Positions 29,017 through 38,172 of a DNA stretch of 64,000 bases are shown one piece after another. The notes beneath the pieces were generated by a model. It saw nothing but the letters and a program-made list of their open reading frames with translations, did no database searches and was not told the DNA's origin. The translations under genes and the position numbers were made by a program. Numbering within the stretch: position 1 is the first letter of the stretch; each line of letters starts with the position of its first letter. The DNA comes from an uncultured Clostridia bacterium (GTDB lineage: Bacteria > Bacillota > Clostridia > Christensenellales > CAG-917), in assembly GCA_944332995.1 (NCBI GenBank), contig CALVKR010000002.1:63100-127099 (forward strand). The letters are read 5' to 3'.

Positions 29017-29139
29017 ATTAAAAAATTAAATTAAATATAAATATATTATAAATATTAAAATTTAATTTTAATTTTTTTTAATTTTGATATTGTCTAATTT
29101 GACTTTCAGTTTGCATTTGTTAAATAACAAAAGCATTTT

Positions 29140-30300
29140 TTACAAAATTTCCGCTTCCGCTATCGCCTTTTCCACAAGCTCGTCTACGTTTAAAACCGAT
29201 TCCGCTTTTTCCACCACGTCAAGTTTGGGTTTTGTGGCAGGATTTTTGGGCAAAAACACGGTGCAACAATCCTCATATGGCAAAATGGAAGTTTCAAACG
29301 TGCCTATACGCTTTGCAATTTGCATTATCTCTTCCTTATCAAGCCCTATGAGAGGACGGAGCACAGGCATTTTTACAACGGCATTTGTGCAGTTGATGCT
29401 GCTTATCGTCTGCGACGCAACCTGACCTAAACTTTCGCCCGTCACCAAAGCCTTGCAATCGTGTCGCTCGGCAAGACGCTCGGCAATTCGCATCATAATT
29501 CGACGCATAATCGTTATCATAAACTCGGAAGGACACTTTTCGTGTATCTGAAGCTGAATATCCGTAAACGGCACGACAAAAAGTTTTATGGGCGTGCAAT
29601 ACTTGTTGGCTATGTTTCTTAGAGTCACCACTTTTTCTTTGGCGAGGTCGCTCGTATACGGCGGACTCGAAAAATGCACGGCAACAAGTTTCATTCCCCT
29701 CTTTGCCATCATATAAGCCGCCACAGGGCTGTCTATACCGCCCGAAAGCAAAAGCATACCTCTGTCGCTGCTGCCCACGGGAAGTCCGCCTACGGCAAGC
29801 TCGACGCCGAAATAGACAAACGCATTGCCGTCCTCACGGATATCCACGTTTATTTCAAAATCGAATTCGTGCAGGTTTACCTTAAGGCTTGTGTTTTCAA
29901 GCACCGCTCCGCCGATATCCGCCGCAATCTCGGTGGAAGTGACGGGTATGCGCTTGTCCGCTCTCTTTACCGTCACACGGAAAGTTTTGCACTTCTGTTT
30001 TTTTGCTTCTTCGACAGCAATATCTTTTATCGTTTTAAAGCCGTTTTCAAAATCCGTTTTCACCTTTGCGGCAACGGATACGGAATAGACGCCGAAAACT
30101 TTTTTTATGCAATCGACAATTTCCGCTTCGTCGGCTATATTGTAGTTTTCCACAAAATATCTGCCCTGAGAGCGGCGGAAATCAAACTTAAATTCACCGA
30201 GTGCGGTTTTTATGTTCTTTATCAAAAGGGACTCGAAATAATCTCTGTTTTTACCCTTTAAAAAAATCTCGCCAAACCTGATAATAATTACCTTTTCCAT
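29140..30300 (-). CDS. thiI: tRNA uracil 4-sulfurtransferase ThiI
   Basis: N-terminal ferredoxin-like/THUMP region and the PP-loop LLLSGGIDSPVAAYMM. Confidence 0.9.
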   Translation of the reverse strand: MEKVIIIRFGEIFLKGKNRDYFESLLIKNIKTALGEFKFDFRRSQGRYFVENYNIADEAEIVDCIKKVFGVYSVSVAAKVKTDFENGFKTIKDIAVEEAKKQKCKTFRVTVKRADKRIPVTSTEIAADIGGAVLENTSLKVNLHEFDFEINVDIREDGNAFVYFGVELAVGGLPVGSSDRGMLLLSGGIDSPVAAYMMAKRGMKLVAVHFSSPPYTSDLAKEKVVTLRNIANKYCTPIKLFVVPFTDIQLQIHEKCPSEFMITIMRRIMMRIAERLAERHDCKALVTGESLGQVASQTISSINCTNAVVKMPVLRPLIGLDKEEIMQIAKRIGTFETSILPYEDCCTVFLPKNPATKPKLDVVEKAESVLNVDELVEKAIAEAEIL

Positions 30301-30565
30301 ATTCCGTCCTTTGTTCGCTGAGCATAGAAAATTATGCCGAACGTTAAATATTAAATTAAAACTTAATTAACTCAAAAAGCAGTTTTTATTTTAAGCTAAA
30401 TCATATCGTTAAAATCAACCGTTTAAACCATATCGTTTAATCAATCGTTTAAAATTACTGTTTAAATCTTATCGTTTAAAATAAGCGTTTAACCAACCGT
30501 TTATAAATCGACCTTTTTAAACTGCCGTTTAAACCAAATCGCTGAACATATCTTCAAACGGATAG

Positions 30566-31699
30566 TTATTTTCTGACAAACCTGTTCCACTCGTTTGCCG
30601 TATCCGCTATGATTTTTACCGCCTCTTTTGCCTCGTCCAAAGTGTTGAACTCGGAAAAACTGAGCCTCACTATGCCGTCACGGTGCTCGCCGTCGAGATT
30701 CAACAGCTTTTTAAATCTGCTTTCACGGTGGGACGAGCAAGCGGAGCCTATGCCGACAAGCACGCATTTTTTCTCTAAAGCGTGAAGCAAAACTTCGCCT
30801 CTTAAGTTTTTAAACGCCAAAGTGAGGATATGGCTTGCGCCGTCGTCGGGCGACAATACGACAGTATCCGCCACGTTTTGACATATATACGCCTTTAAGT
30901 ATTCTTTTATCTGTGATTTTGTAGAATTGTTTTCCTCAAAATTGCCGAATATGCGGTCGCTTGCCGTCTTAAACGCCATAATTCCCGCCACGTTTTCGGT
31001 GGACGAGCGGAAACCGCCCTCTTGACCGCCCCCGAAAATCAGAGGTCTTACCGTAACGCCTTTTTTTATCCACAGTGCGCCCACGCCTTTGGGAGCGTGA
31101 ATTTTGTGTCCCGATATAGTATACATATCCACGCCCGACGCCCTGAGATTTATATCGATTTTGCCGTATGCCTGCACTCCGTCGGAATGGAATATCGCCC
31201 TCGGCGCCCTTTCTTTTATCAATGCCGATATACTCTCGAGGTCGTTTATCGCCCCCGTTTCGTTGGAAACGTGCATGACGGAAACCAAGCACACGTCGGG
31301 GTTTAACATATCGCCGAGTTTTTCAACGTCAATTTGTCCGTTACTCTTTATCGGAGCAAACTCCACCGTATACCCGTCGTTTTTAAGTTGCAAGGCGCTG
31401 TTGTAGACGGCGTCGTGTTCGCCCTCGCCCACAATGACCGTTTGACCTTTTTGTTTTCTCACGCCGAAAAGTGCGGTATTATCCGCTTCGCTTCCGCTCG
31501 ACGTGAAATACAAATTCCCCTCGGGCGCTCTAAGGCGTTTTTTTATTGATTCTCTTGCGCTGTCAATCAAAAGTTTTATATCCGACGCTTCCTTGTAGAG
31601 TGCGGACGGATTAAAATATCTGTTTTGATTGTATTCCGTCAAAATCTCGACGCATTCGTCATAAACCTTTGTCGTGGCGGCGTTATCGTAGTAAATCAT
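30566..31699 (-). CDS. cysteine desulfurase (NifS/IscS-like, class V aminotransferase)
   Basis: SGHKIHAPKGVGAL (PLP-Lys) and GSACSS (catalytic Cys loop). Upstream of thiI, the usual partner arrangement. Confidence 0.85.
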   Translation of the reverse strand: MIYYDNAATTKVYDECVEILTEYNQNRYFNPSALYKEASDIKLLIDSARESIKKRLRAPEGNLYFTSSGSEADNTALFGVRKQKGQTVIVGEGEHDAVYNSALQLKNDGYTVEFAPIKSNGQIDVEKLGDMLNPDVCLVSVMHVSNETGAINDLESISALIKERAPRAIFHSDGVQAYGKIDINLRASGVDMYTISGHKIHAPKGVGALWIKKGVTVRPLIFGGGQEGGFRSSTENVAGIMAFKTASDRIFGNFEENNSTKSQIKEYLKAYICQNVADTVVLSPDDGASHILTLAFKNLRGEVLLHALEKKCVLVGIGSACSSHRESRFKKLLNLDGEHRDGIVRLSFSEFNTLDEAKEAVKIIADTANEWNRFVRK

Positions 31700-31799
31700 A
31701 TATCCTCTGCATTTATATGCTAATTTACAAAGTCAAGTTTTACGGCAAGTCACATCAAACTCAAACCTTGCAACAAATTTTAATATCTAATATTTTTTA

Positions 31800-31975
31800 T
31801 CTCGTTTTAATCTCGTGTTTTTAATTTCGTGTTTTTATCTCGTGTTTTTTATCTCGGATTTTATTATCTCGTGTTTTCTTGTGTTTTTACTCGTGTTTTT
31901 ATCTCGTATTTATCCCATTATTATCTCGTGTTTTTAATCTCGTGTTTTTACTCGTGTTTTTGTCTCGCAAAATTA
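31800..31975. repeat. degenerate ~13-bp tandem repeat (ATCTCGTGTTTTT-like), about 12 copies
   Basis: TCGTGTTTTT recurs at about 31812, 31827, 31840, 31869, 31891, 31925, 31939 and 31952, with degenerate copies between. The listed ORF 31829..32065 is an artefact of it. Confidence 0.85.
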
Positions 31976-32020
31976 AAATACCGTTTTAAATACCGTTATC
32001 CGAAAAAACAGATTTCAAAA

Positions 32021-32515
32021 TCAGATTTCTTCGATTTTCAATTTTTCGCATATGAGGGCATTTAAATAGTCGTCGGGGCTAAAGAGCATCCTGACCTCGG
32101 CGCCGTCCGCCATTTTAAAAGTCAAAGCCTTGTTCAGCGGGTCGTCGTTATACGCCATATAGTTTTTATCCTCTTTGTTTACGCAGTCGGAAAAAATTTC
32201 ATATTTGAGCACGCTGTCAAACTTCACAGTCAAAAGCGTCGTTCTTCTCAGTCTTACGTCCTTTTTAGTTATTATGAGGGCGTCATCTGTGAAGTTGTAG
32301 TTATATTCAATCGTAAGCGAATAATAAATCTGACACAAGAGTGCGCCGATAGCCAACACTCCGATGAAAGCAAATAAAACGTATAAGTTTACAAAAATTC
32401 CCACAATCAAAAGAGCTACGGAAGCGATTTCCAAAGTCACGCCTGCATAAAGCGTGATTTTACCTCCCGATGAGATAGTTTTCTGCACGGATTGCGTATA
32501 TTTTGTTGCGATCAT
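32021..32515 (-). CDS. hypothetical membrane protein (two TM helices plus a small soluble C-terminal domain)
   Basis: ATG at 32515 is preceded by GGAGGGAG. Two hydrophobic helices (LYAGVTLEIASVALLIVGIFV, LFAFIGVLAIGALLCQIYY). No family recognised. Confidence 0.5.
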   Translation of the reverse strand: MIATKYTQSVQKTISSGGKITLYAGVTLEIASVALLIVGIFVNLYVLFAFIGVLAIGALLCQIYYSLTIEYNYNFTDDALIITKKDVRLRRTTLLTVKFDSVLKYEIFSDCVNKEDKNYMAYNDDPLNKALTFKMADGAEVRMLFSPDDYLNALICEKLKIEEI

Positions 32516-33184
32516 AACTCCCTCCGAAACGATCGAAAAGTCGAATAACAAAACGATTAAACAACTTATCTGTTTCAACCTTGGCGCAAAATAACGCCGA
32601 TTGTGCCGTTGAGCCATCTTTGCCCGACAAACAAGATTTGCCGCAAACGGCATAGCCAACGCACGGCGTTTGGTTTTTTATATTGTAACCGTTTTTGACG
32701 ATTAAATCGATTAAAAACGGCAATATTTTCAAAAATTTATCTGCTGTTTTATAATTATTTGCCCAAAGTTTTATAAATTTTGCCGTTTTGTATAAAACTT
32801 CGCTCTCTTTTAACGGATTAAACTCATTGCAAGGTTTAGACTGTCGTTACGGTTTATCCTCGGTTTACCGTCTAACCGCTTTTTAAATGCTTTATTCTTT
32901 TATCTGTTTAGCCTGTTTTTTACGGCTTAACTTATATTTTAATTTAACCGTTTTTTTTATAATCTCTTTTAGAGGTTTAACCGCTGTTTACCGTTTAGCC
33001 GCTTTTATCAACCGCTTTTAACTGTTTAGCCTTCGTTTACCGTTTGTCCTTATTTTACTGTATACATTGTTTAAAGTTTAAAAGCAATCCGTTTAATTAC
33101 TAAAGCCTTGACTGTATAAAAAGTCAAACAAGACCGCCATTAAAAGCAAAACGTATACTGCCGTTTGACGTCAGCCGTTTGACG

Positions 33185-35230
33185 TCATTTTTTGATTTTG
33201 TAAAAATCGCCCTTTTTAACTCTTACGGTAAGTTTGCCCATTTTCACTTCCCCGTCGCCCTTAGCGTTCTGCGACGACAAAACGCCCTTTTTAGCAAGCG
33301 ATATGACGTATACCTCATCTCCTACTTTGGGCGGAGCGTCGTCTTTGAGTTCCGCCACAACCGTTTCGGAGGAATAATCCGCCGACATATTCTCAAGCTG
33401 TTTTCTTAGCTTCTGAGCATGGAAAAGGTCGGACATTTCAAGCTCCTGCTTTTTAAGAATTTCCTTTATCTCGTCGATGAGTTCGTTTGCCTCTTCAACC
33501 GATTCGTTTATAAGCTGCTTTGTTCCTTTCCTTATAGTTTCCTCGAGTTTTTCCCTCTTTTGCGTTATTATCTTTTTTTCGTCCTCAATCTGATTTAAAT
33601 ATTCCCTTGCCTTCTTTTTATCCTCGTCCGCCTGAGCCACCGTGTTTTCCGCTTTTCGCCTTGTTTCCTCGGCAGAAAGAAGCACGCTGTCGAATTGCTT
33701 CTTTTCGGGAGAAATTCGCTTTGAAGCGTTTTCCACTATGTCTGCCGAAAGCCCCAAAGCGGAAGCTATTTTAAGGGCGTTTGACATACCCACCGACCCC
33801 ATTATAAGCCTGTATGTGGGGAGATATGTTTTAGTATCGAAATCCATTGAAGCGGTTTCAACGCCGTCCGTCGTCAAGGCAAATTCCTTTAACTCGCCGA
33901 AGTGCGACGTTACCACCGATTTGGCTTTAAGCGACAAAAGTTTTTCGCATATGCTGACCGCAAGACTTGCGCCCTCAACGGGGTCAGTTCCGGCTCCGAG
34001 TTCGTCAAGCAAACACAGCGATTTAGAATTGACTTTAGACAAAATGTCTATTATGTTTTTTATGTGCGACGAAAAAGTTGAAAGATTTTGTTTTATCGAC
34101 TGTTCGTCGCCTATATCGCAAAATACACCCTCGAAAAAGGAAAGCGAGCCGCTCTCGGCAGGAATGAACATTCCGCACATAGCCATTACCGTCATAAGCC
34201 CCACGAGCTTGAGCGTGACCGTTTTACCGCCCGTATTAGGTCCCGTTATCAAAAGCATATCCTTGTTTAACTCTATCGACACGGGAACGACTTTTGTCGG
34301 CTCTATGAGCGGATGCCTCGCCTTTGACAGCTTTATTTTTCCGTCGTCCGTCAAAGAGGGCGAAACCGCCTTTTGCTTTTTGGCGTATTGCGCCTTGGCG
34401 AATATCAAATCCATTTGTTCTATCGTGGCTATCGTGCAAAGCAAAACGTGCTCTAGCGAGCCTATCTCGGTAGAAAACGCCCTGAGTATCTTTTCGATTT
34501 CCGCTTCCTCGTCAAGCAACAGAGTTTTAAGACTGTTGTTAAGTTCTACAATCTGCATAGGCTCGATAAACAGCGTGGCGCCGCTCGACGATTGGTCGTG
34601 CACAAGCCCCTTTATCACGCCTTTGTATTCCGCTTTGACGGGTATGACGTATCTGTCCTGTCTTATCGTGACGATAGAGTCCTGCAAATATTTAGTATAC
34701 GCCGACGAATTGATATACTGCGACAGCGTCGATTTGATTTGTGCGTTGAGTTTTTGAATTCTGCCCCTTATCTCCTTGAGTGTTTTAGAGGCGTCGTCTG
34801 CTACTTCCGTATCCGATAAAAAAGAGGCATATATCCTGTCTTCGAGTTCTTTGTCAAAATACAGCGTTTTCGACATAGCCGAAAGACACGGCACGTTAAG
34901 CGGTTTTTGCATGGCTTTTTCAATGCCTCTGGCTATTCTCAAAACTCTGCCCGTCTTTAAAATGTCGGCGATAGACAAAAGCCCGTTTTTGGCGGCAAAT
35001 TTGATGATAGAAGTTATATCGTCTATGGCAAAATTGGGCGAAAAGGAAAACTCGAACAGCACCCTGTCCGCTTCTTGAGTCTGTTCCAAAAGAGCCGAGG
35101 CGTCCGACGCAGTTTCGGCAGGAGTAAGATTTTTCGCCAAATTCTTACCTCCCTCCGACTGTGCGTAAAGGCTTAGCTCTTCCAGAATTTTATCGAATTC
35201 CAAAGTCAAAAGAGTCTTTTTTTCAATCAT
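33185..35230 (-). CDS. mutS2: endonuclease MutS2 homologue lacking the C-terminal Smr domain
   Basis: MutS domain III/V with Walker A GPNTGGKT and DELGAGTDP, a coiled-coil region and a KOW-like end (KVGDEVYVISLAKKGVL...KMGKLTVRVKKGDFYKIKK*). Ends where canonical MutS2 continues into Smr. Confidence 0.9.
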   Translation of the reverse strand: MIEKKTLLTLEFDKILEELSLYAQSEGGKNLAKNLTPAETASDASALLEQTQEADRVLFEFSFSPNFAIDDITSIIKFAAKNGLLSIADILKTGRVLRIARGIEKAMQKPLNVPCLSAMSKTLYFDKELEDRIYASFLSDTEVADDASKTLKEIRGRIQKLNAQIKSTLSQYINSSAYTKYLQDSIVTIRQDRYVIPVKAEYKGVIKGLVHDQSSSGATLFIEPMQIVELNNSLKTLLLDEEAEIEKILRAFSTEIGSLEHVLLCTIATIEQMDLIFAKAQYAKKQKAVSPSLTDDGKIKLSKARHPLIEPTKVVPVSIELNKDMLLITGPNTGGKTVTLKLVGLMTVMAMCGMFIPAESGSLSFFEGVFCDIGDEQSIKQNLSTFSSHIKNIIDILSKVNSKSLCLLDELGAGTDPVEGASLAVSICEKLLSLKAKSVVTSHFGELKEFALTTDGVETASMDFDTKTYLPTYRLIMGSVGMSNALKIASALGLSADIVENASKRISPEKKQFDSVLLSAEETRRKAENTVAQADEDKKKAREYLNQIEDEKKIITQKREKLEETIRKGTKQLINESVEEANELIDEIKEILKKQELEMSDLFHAQKLRKQLENMSADYSSETVVAELKDDAPPKVGDEVYVISLAKKGVLSSQNAKGDGEVKMGKLTVRVKKGDFYKIKK

Positions 35231-35240
35231 AATATCTTTA

Positions 35241-35283
35241 TCCTTTCCTTTGTCCTTTCCTTTGTCCTTTCCTTTGTCCTTTT
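35241..35283. repeat. 12-bp tandem repeat x3.5 (TCCTTTCCTTTG) in the mutS2 5' UTR
   Basis: On the coding (minus) strand this reads CAAAGGAAAGGA x3, a series of SD-like purine tracts ending 10 nt before the mutS2 ATG. Confidence 0.9.
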
Positions 35284-35387
35284 AATGCCCGAGTTGATTT
35301 TTTGCCTTATCTCTGTATACTTGCCCATAGCTTTATATAGCTTATAGTTTATAGCCCCATAGCTTATGACGTCATAGCTTATAGCGT

Positions 35388-35467
35388 CATAGCTTAATAG
35401 CTTCATAGCTTAATAGCTTCATAGCTTAATAGCTTCATAGCTTAATAGCTTCATAGCTTAATAGCTT
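35388..35467. repeat. perfect 16-bp tandem repeat x5 (CATAGCTTAATAGCTT), with degenerate copies from ~35325
   Basis: Five identical units at 35388, 35404, 35420, 35436 and 35452. The underlying 8-bp word is [CA]ATAGCTT. Confidence 0.95.
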
Positions 35468-35792
35468 CACAGGGTATAATTTATAGCTTATAACTCTATA
35501 TTTTACAACCTTAAATTTGTCTTAAACCTGCCTTATAACCGCTTAATCACAGCGTATCACGTTTTAACCGCCTTATAACCCCTTTATAGCGGCTCCCACT
35601 GTGACGGCTTAAACTGATTACGGCTTATAACAAATTTATACGTTATTACTGCTTTATAACTTATAAACTATTTTATAACTTATAAATTCGTTTTATTTGC
35701 ACAAATTTACTTATTTGCCAAACCGCCTTATTGTTTCAACAGCTTATATTTTAAGTCTGTCAAAAAGCCGTCTATATTTCCCGTGCCGTAAC

Positions 35793-38171
35793 TTACCTGA
35801 TTTTTGCGCCGAACTTGGTTTCCAGCAGTTTTAACACTCTGTCCATAGCGTCGTTGACTTCGGCGTCCACCAAGGTTTTTTCATAGGAAACAAACTCAAA
35901 ATTGAACGCTATGCTCTTTTTATTCTCGCCCACTTGAGCGCCCTTGAATACGTCAAAGATTTCCGCTTTTTCAAGGTTTGGTATTCCCTCGCCCTTTATA
36001 GCGTCAAGCATATCGCCGGCTATGACGATGTCGTCCACAACTACGGCGAGATCACGCTCAACCGTCGGGAATTTGGTTATATCCTTGACTCTAATGACCG
36101 ACGAGCTGCATTTTTCAAGAACGTCGAGATTTATTTCGCACACAAAAGTCTTTGAAACGGCGTATTCTTCCGCCACAAGCGGATGAATTTGTCCCATAAG
36201 TCCCACGCTGACGTCGCCGACAAAAACCTCGGCGCTCTGTCCGTCGTGAAGATAAGGCGCCACCTTCTTTTTAAACGTGAAGTCTACGCCTACCGCCTTT
36301 CCGAGTTTTTCTACCACGTTTTTGAGAGTGAAAAAGTCTTCCGCTTCGCCGCTGAGAGCTACAGCCAAAGTGTTCACTTCGTCGGGAAGCTCTGTGAGCG
36401 GAAGCTTTTTGGGAATATAAACCTTGGCGACTTCAAAAAGTGCGAGATTTTTTTGAGATTTACTCTCGTTTGAAGCTACTATTTCCAAAATCGAGTGCAA
36501 AAGCGTCGTCCTCATGATGCTGACCGCCTCGCCGAGCGGATTTTTGATTTTTATGCACTTGCGGCGATAATCCTTCTCGGAAAGCCTTAACATATCGAAA
36601 CACTTGGGCGAAGTGAACGAATAAGTGACAATCTCGTAAAGTCCGAGGTTTGAAAGCGCCGCTTTCACCTTGTCGGCAAAAGCGAGATGAGGCATAACCT
36701 CGCCCTTTATAAGCTGAGAATATTGAAAAAGCGTCGGTTTAATGTTTCCGTATCCCAAAACTCTGATATATTCTTCGGCCAGGTCGTTTGCGCCGACTAT
36801 GTCGTCACGGTCCTCGGGAATCTTGCACTCTATGCTGTCGCCCTTTACGACGGATTCAAGACCTAAAGTGTTGAATATCTCTGCGGCTTTTGCGGCGTCA
36901 ACCTCAATGCCTAAAATGTCGGAGAGTTTTTGCGTCTTGACGGTCAATTTCTTGAAAGGCTCAAATTTGACTTTTTTATCGATGATACCTTCCAGAATAT
37001 CGCCGCTGCCCGACTTCCATATAAGATTTAAAGCCCTCTTTAAACCGAGCTCCTGCGACGAGAAGTCTACGCCTTTTTCATATCTCGCCTGCGAATCGGA
37101 ATGAAGATTTAAAAACCTTGCTTCCCTTCTTATCATATCTCTTTTGAATTTAGCCGATTCAAACACGATTTCCGAGGTATCCGGCATAATTCCGCTGTAT
37201 TCGCCGCCCATAATTCCTGCAATCGCCACAGGCTTTACGGCGTCGCAGATGACCAAAATATCTTTTGTGAGATTGTTTTCTTTGCCGTCGAGCGTCGTTA
37301 TTTTTTCGCCGTCCTTTGCCTCTCTGACGATTATCTTACCGCCCTCGACGTATCTTCTGTCAAAAGCGTGCATCGGCTGACCTATTTCCGTCAAAACGTA
37401 GTTCGTTATATCGACAATGTTGTTGATAGGTCTTATTCCGACCGCTCTTAAGCGCTGTTTGATTTTTTTATCCGACGGAAATATCTTGACGTTTTTAACG
37501 CCGGCAGTCATATATCTCGGGCAAAGCTCCTCGTTTTTGACTTCCACCGAAAAATCGTATTTCTCGCCCGACGTTTTATATTCCGTTTCGGGAGCACGGC
37601 AGGTTTTTTTGGTTGCAACGGCAACTTCTTTTGCAAGTTTATATATGCTGTTGCAATCGGGACGGTTTGCCGTGACGGAAACGTCCAAAATAACGTCGTT
37701 ATATCCAACGGCGTCAAACACGTTCTCGCCCGTCTTAAACTTGCCCTTGAGCCTTAAAACGTCGTCGGCAGCAGCTCCCTCGACGTCGTCGGACGTGAGC
37801 CCGAGTTCGGAAATTCCGCAGAACATACCGTCGCTCTCCACACCCCTGAGCTCTCCCTTTTTGATGACCGTTCCGTCAAACAGTTTAGCTCCGTCCAAGG
37901 CGACGGGAACGTATTCCCCGACTTCCATTTTACAGTTCGTAACTATCTGATATTTCTTTCCGCTCACTTCAACTTGGCAGACGGAAAGTTTATCCGCCTT
38001 GGGGTGCTTTTCAACGGAAAGAATTTTACAGACAAAAACGTTTGTCGCCTGACGGTTTTGATAAATTATTTCTTCCACCTCAAAACCGATAGCGACAAGC
38101 CTGTCGGACAGTTCCTCGGCGGTTATATCTATATCCACAAAATCTTTAAGCCAACTTATAGGTGCTAACAT
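35793..38171 (-). CDS. pheT: phenylalanine--tRNA ligase beta subunit
   Basis: 792-aa ORF with N-terminal tRNA-binding OB, B3/4, B5 and FDX-ACB regions (VTANRPDC, IMGG). Directly follows pheS. Confidence 0.95.
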   Translation of the reverse strand: MLAPISWLKDFVDIDITAEELSDRLVAIGFEVEEIIYQNRQATNVFVCKILSVEKHPKADKLSVCQVEVSGKKYQIVTNCKMEVGEYVPVALDGAKLFDGTVIKKGELRGVESDGMFCGISELGLTSDDVEGAAADDVLRLKGKFKTGENVFDAVGYNDVILDVSVTANRPDCNSIYKLAKEVAVATKKTCRAPETEYKTSGEKYDFSVEVKNEELCPRYMTAGVKNVKIFPSDKKIKQRLRAVGIRPINNIVDITNYVLTEIGQPMHAFDRRYVEGGKIIVREAKDGEKITTLDGKENNLTKDILVICDAVKPVAIAGIMGGEYSGIMPDTSEIVFESAKFKRDMIRREARFLNLHSDSQARYEKGVDFSSQELGLKRALNLIWKSGSGDILEGIIDKKVKFEPFKKLTVKTQKLSDILGIEVDAAKAAEIFNTLGLESVVKGDSIECKIPEDRDDIVGANDLAEEYIRVLGYGNIKPTLFQYSQLIKGEVMPHLAFADKVKAALSNLGLYEIVTYSFTSPKCFDMLRLSEKDYRRKCIKIKNPLGEAVSIMRTTLLHSILEIVASNESKSQKNLALFEVAKVYIPKKLPLTELPDEVNTLAVALSGEAEDFFTLKNVVEKLGKAVGVDFTFKKKVAPYLHDGQSAEVFVGDVSVGLMGQIHPLVAEEYAVSKTFVCEINLDVLEKCSSSVIRVKDITKFPTVERDLAVVVDDIVIAGDMLDAIKGEGIPNLEKAEIFDVFKGAQVGENKKSIAFNFEFVSYEKTLVDAEVNDAMDRVLKLLETKFGAKIR

Positions 38172-38172
38172 A

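Noticed and set aside
31829-32065. A 78-aa ORF across the 13-bp minisatellite, and a 133-aa ORF at 50323-50724 across tRNA genes.
   Set aside because: One is generated by tandem repeats and the other overlaps tRNA-Tyr and tRNA-Thr. Neither is a protein-coding candidate.
26455-35467. The possibility that any of the tandem repeat arrays is a CRISPR array.
   Set aside because: The units are 6-21 bp and directly abutting, with no unique spacers of 25-40 bp, no palindromic 24-37-bp repeat, and no cas genes in the window.
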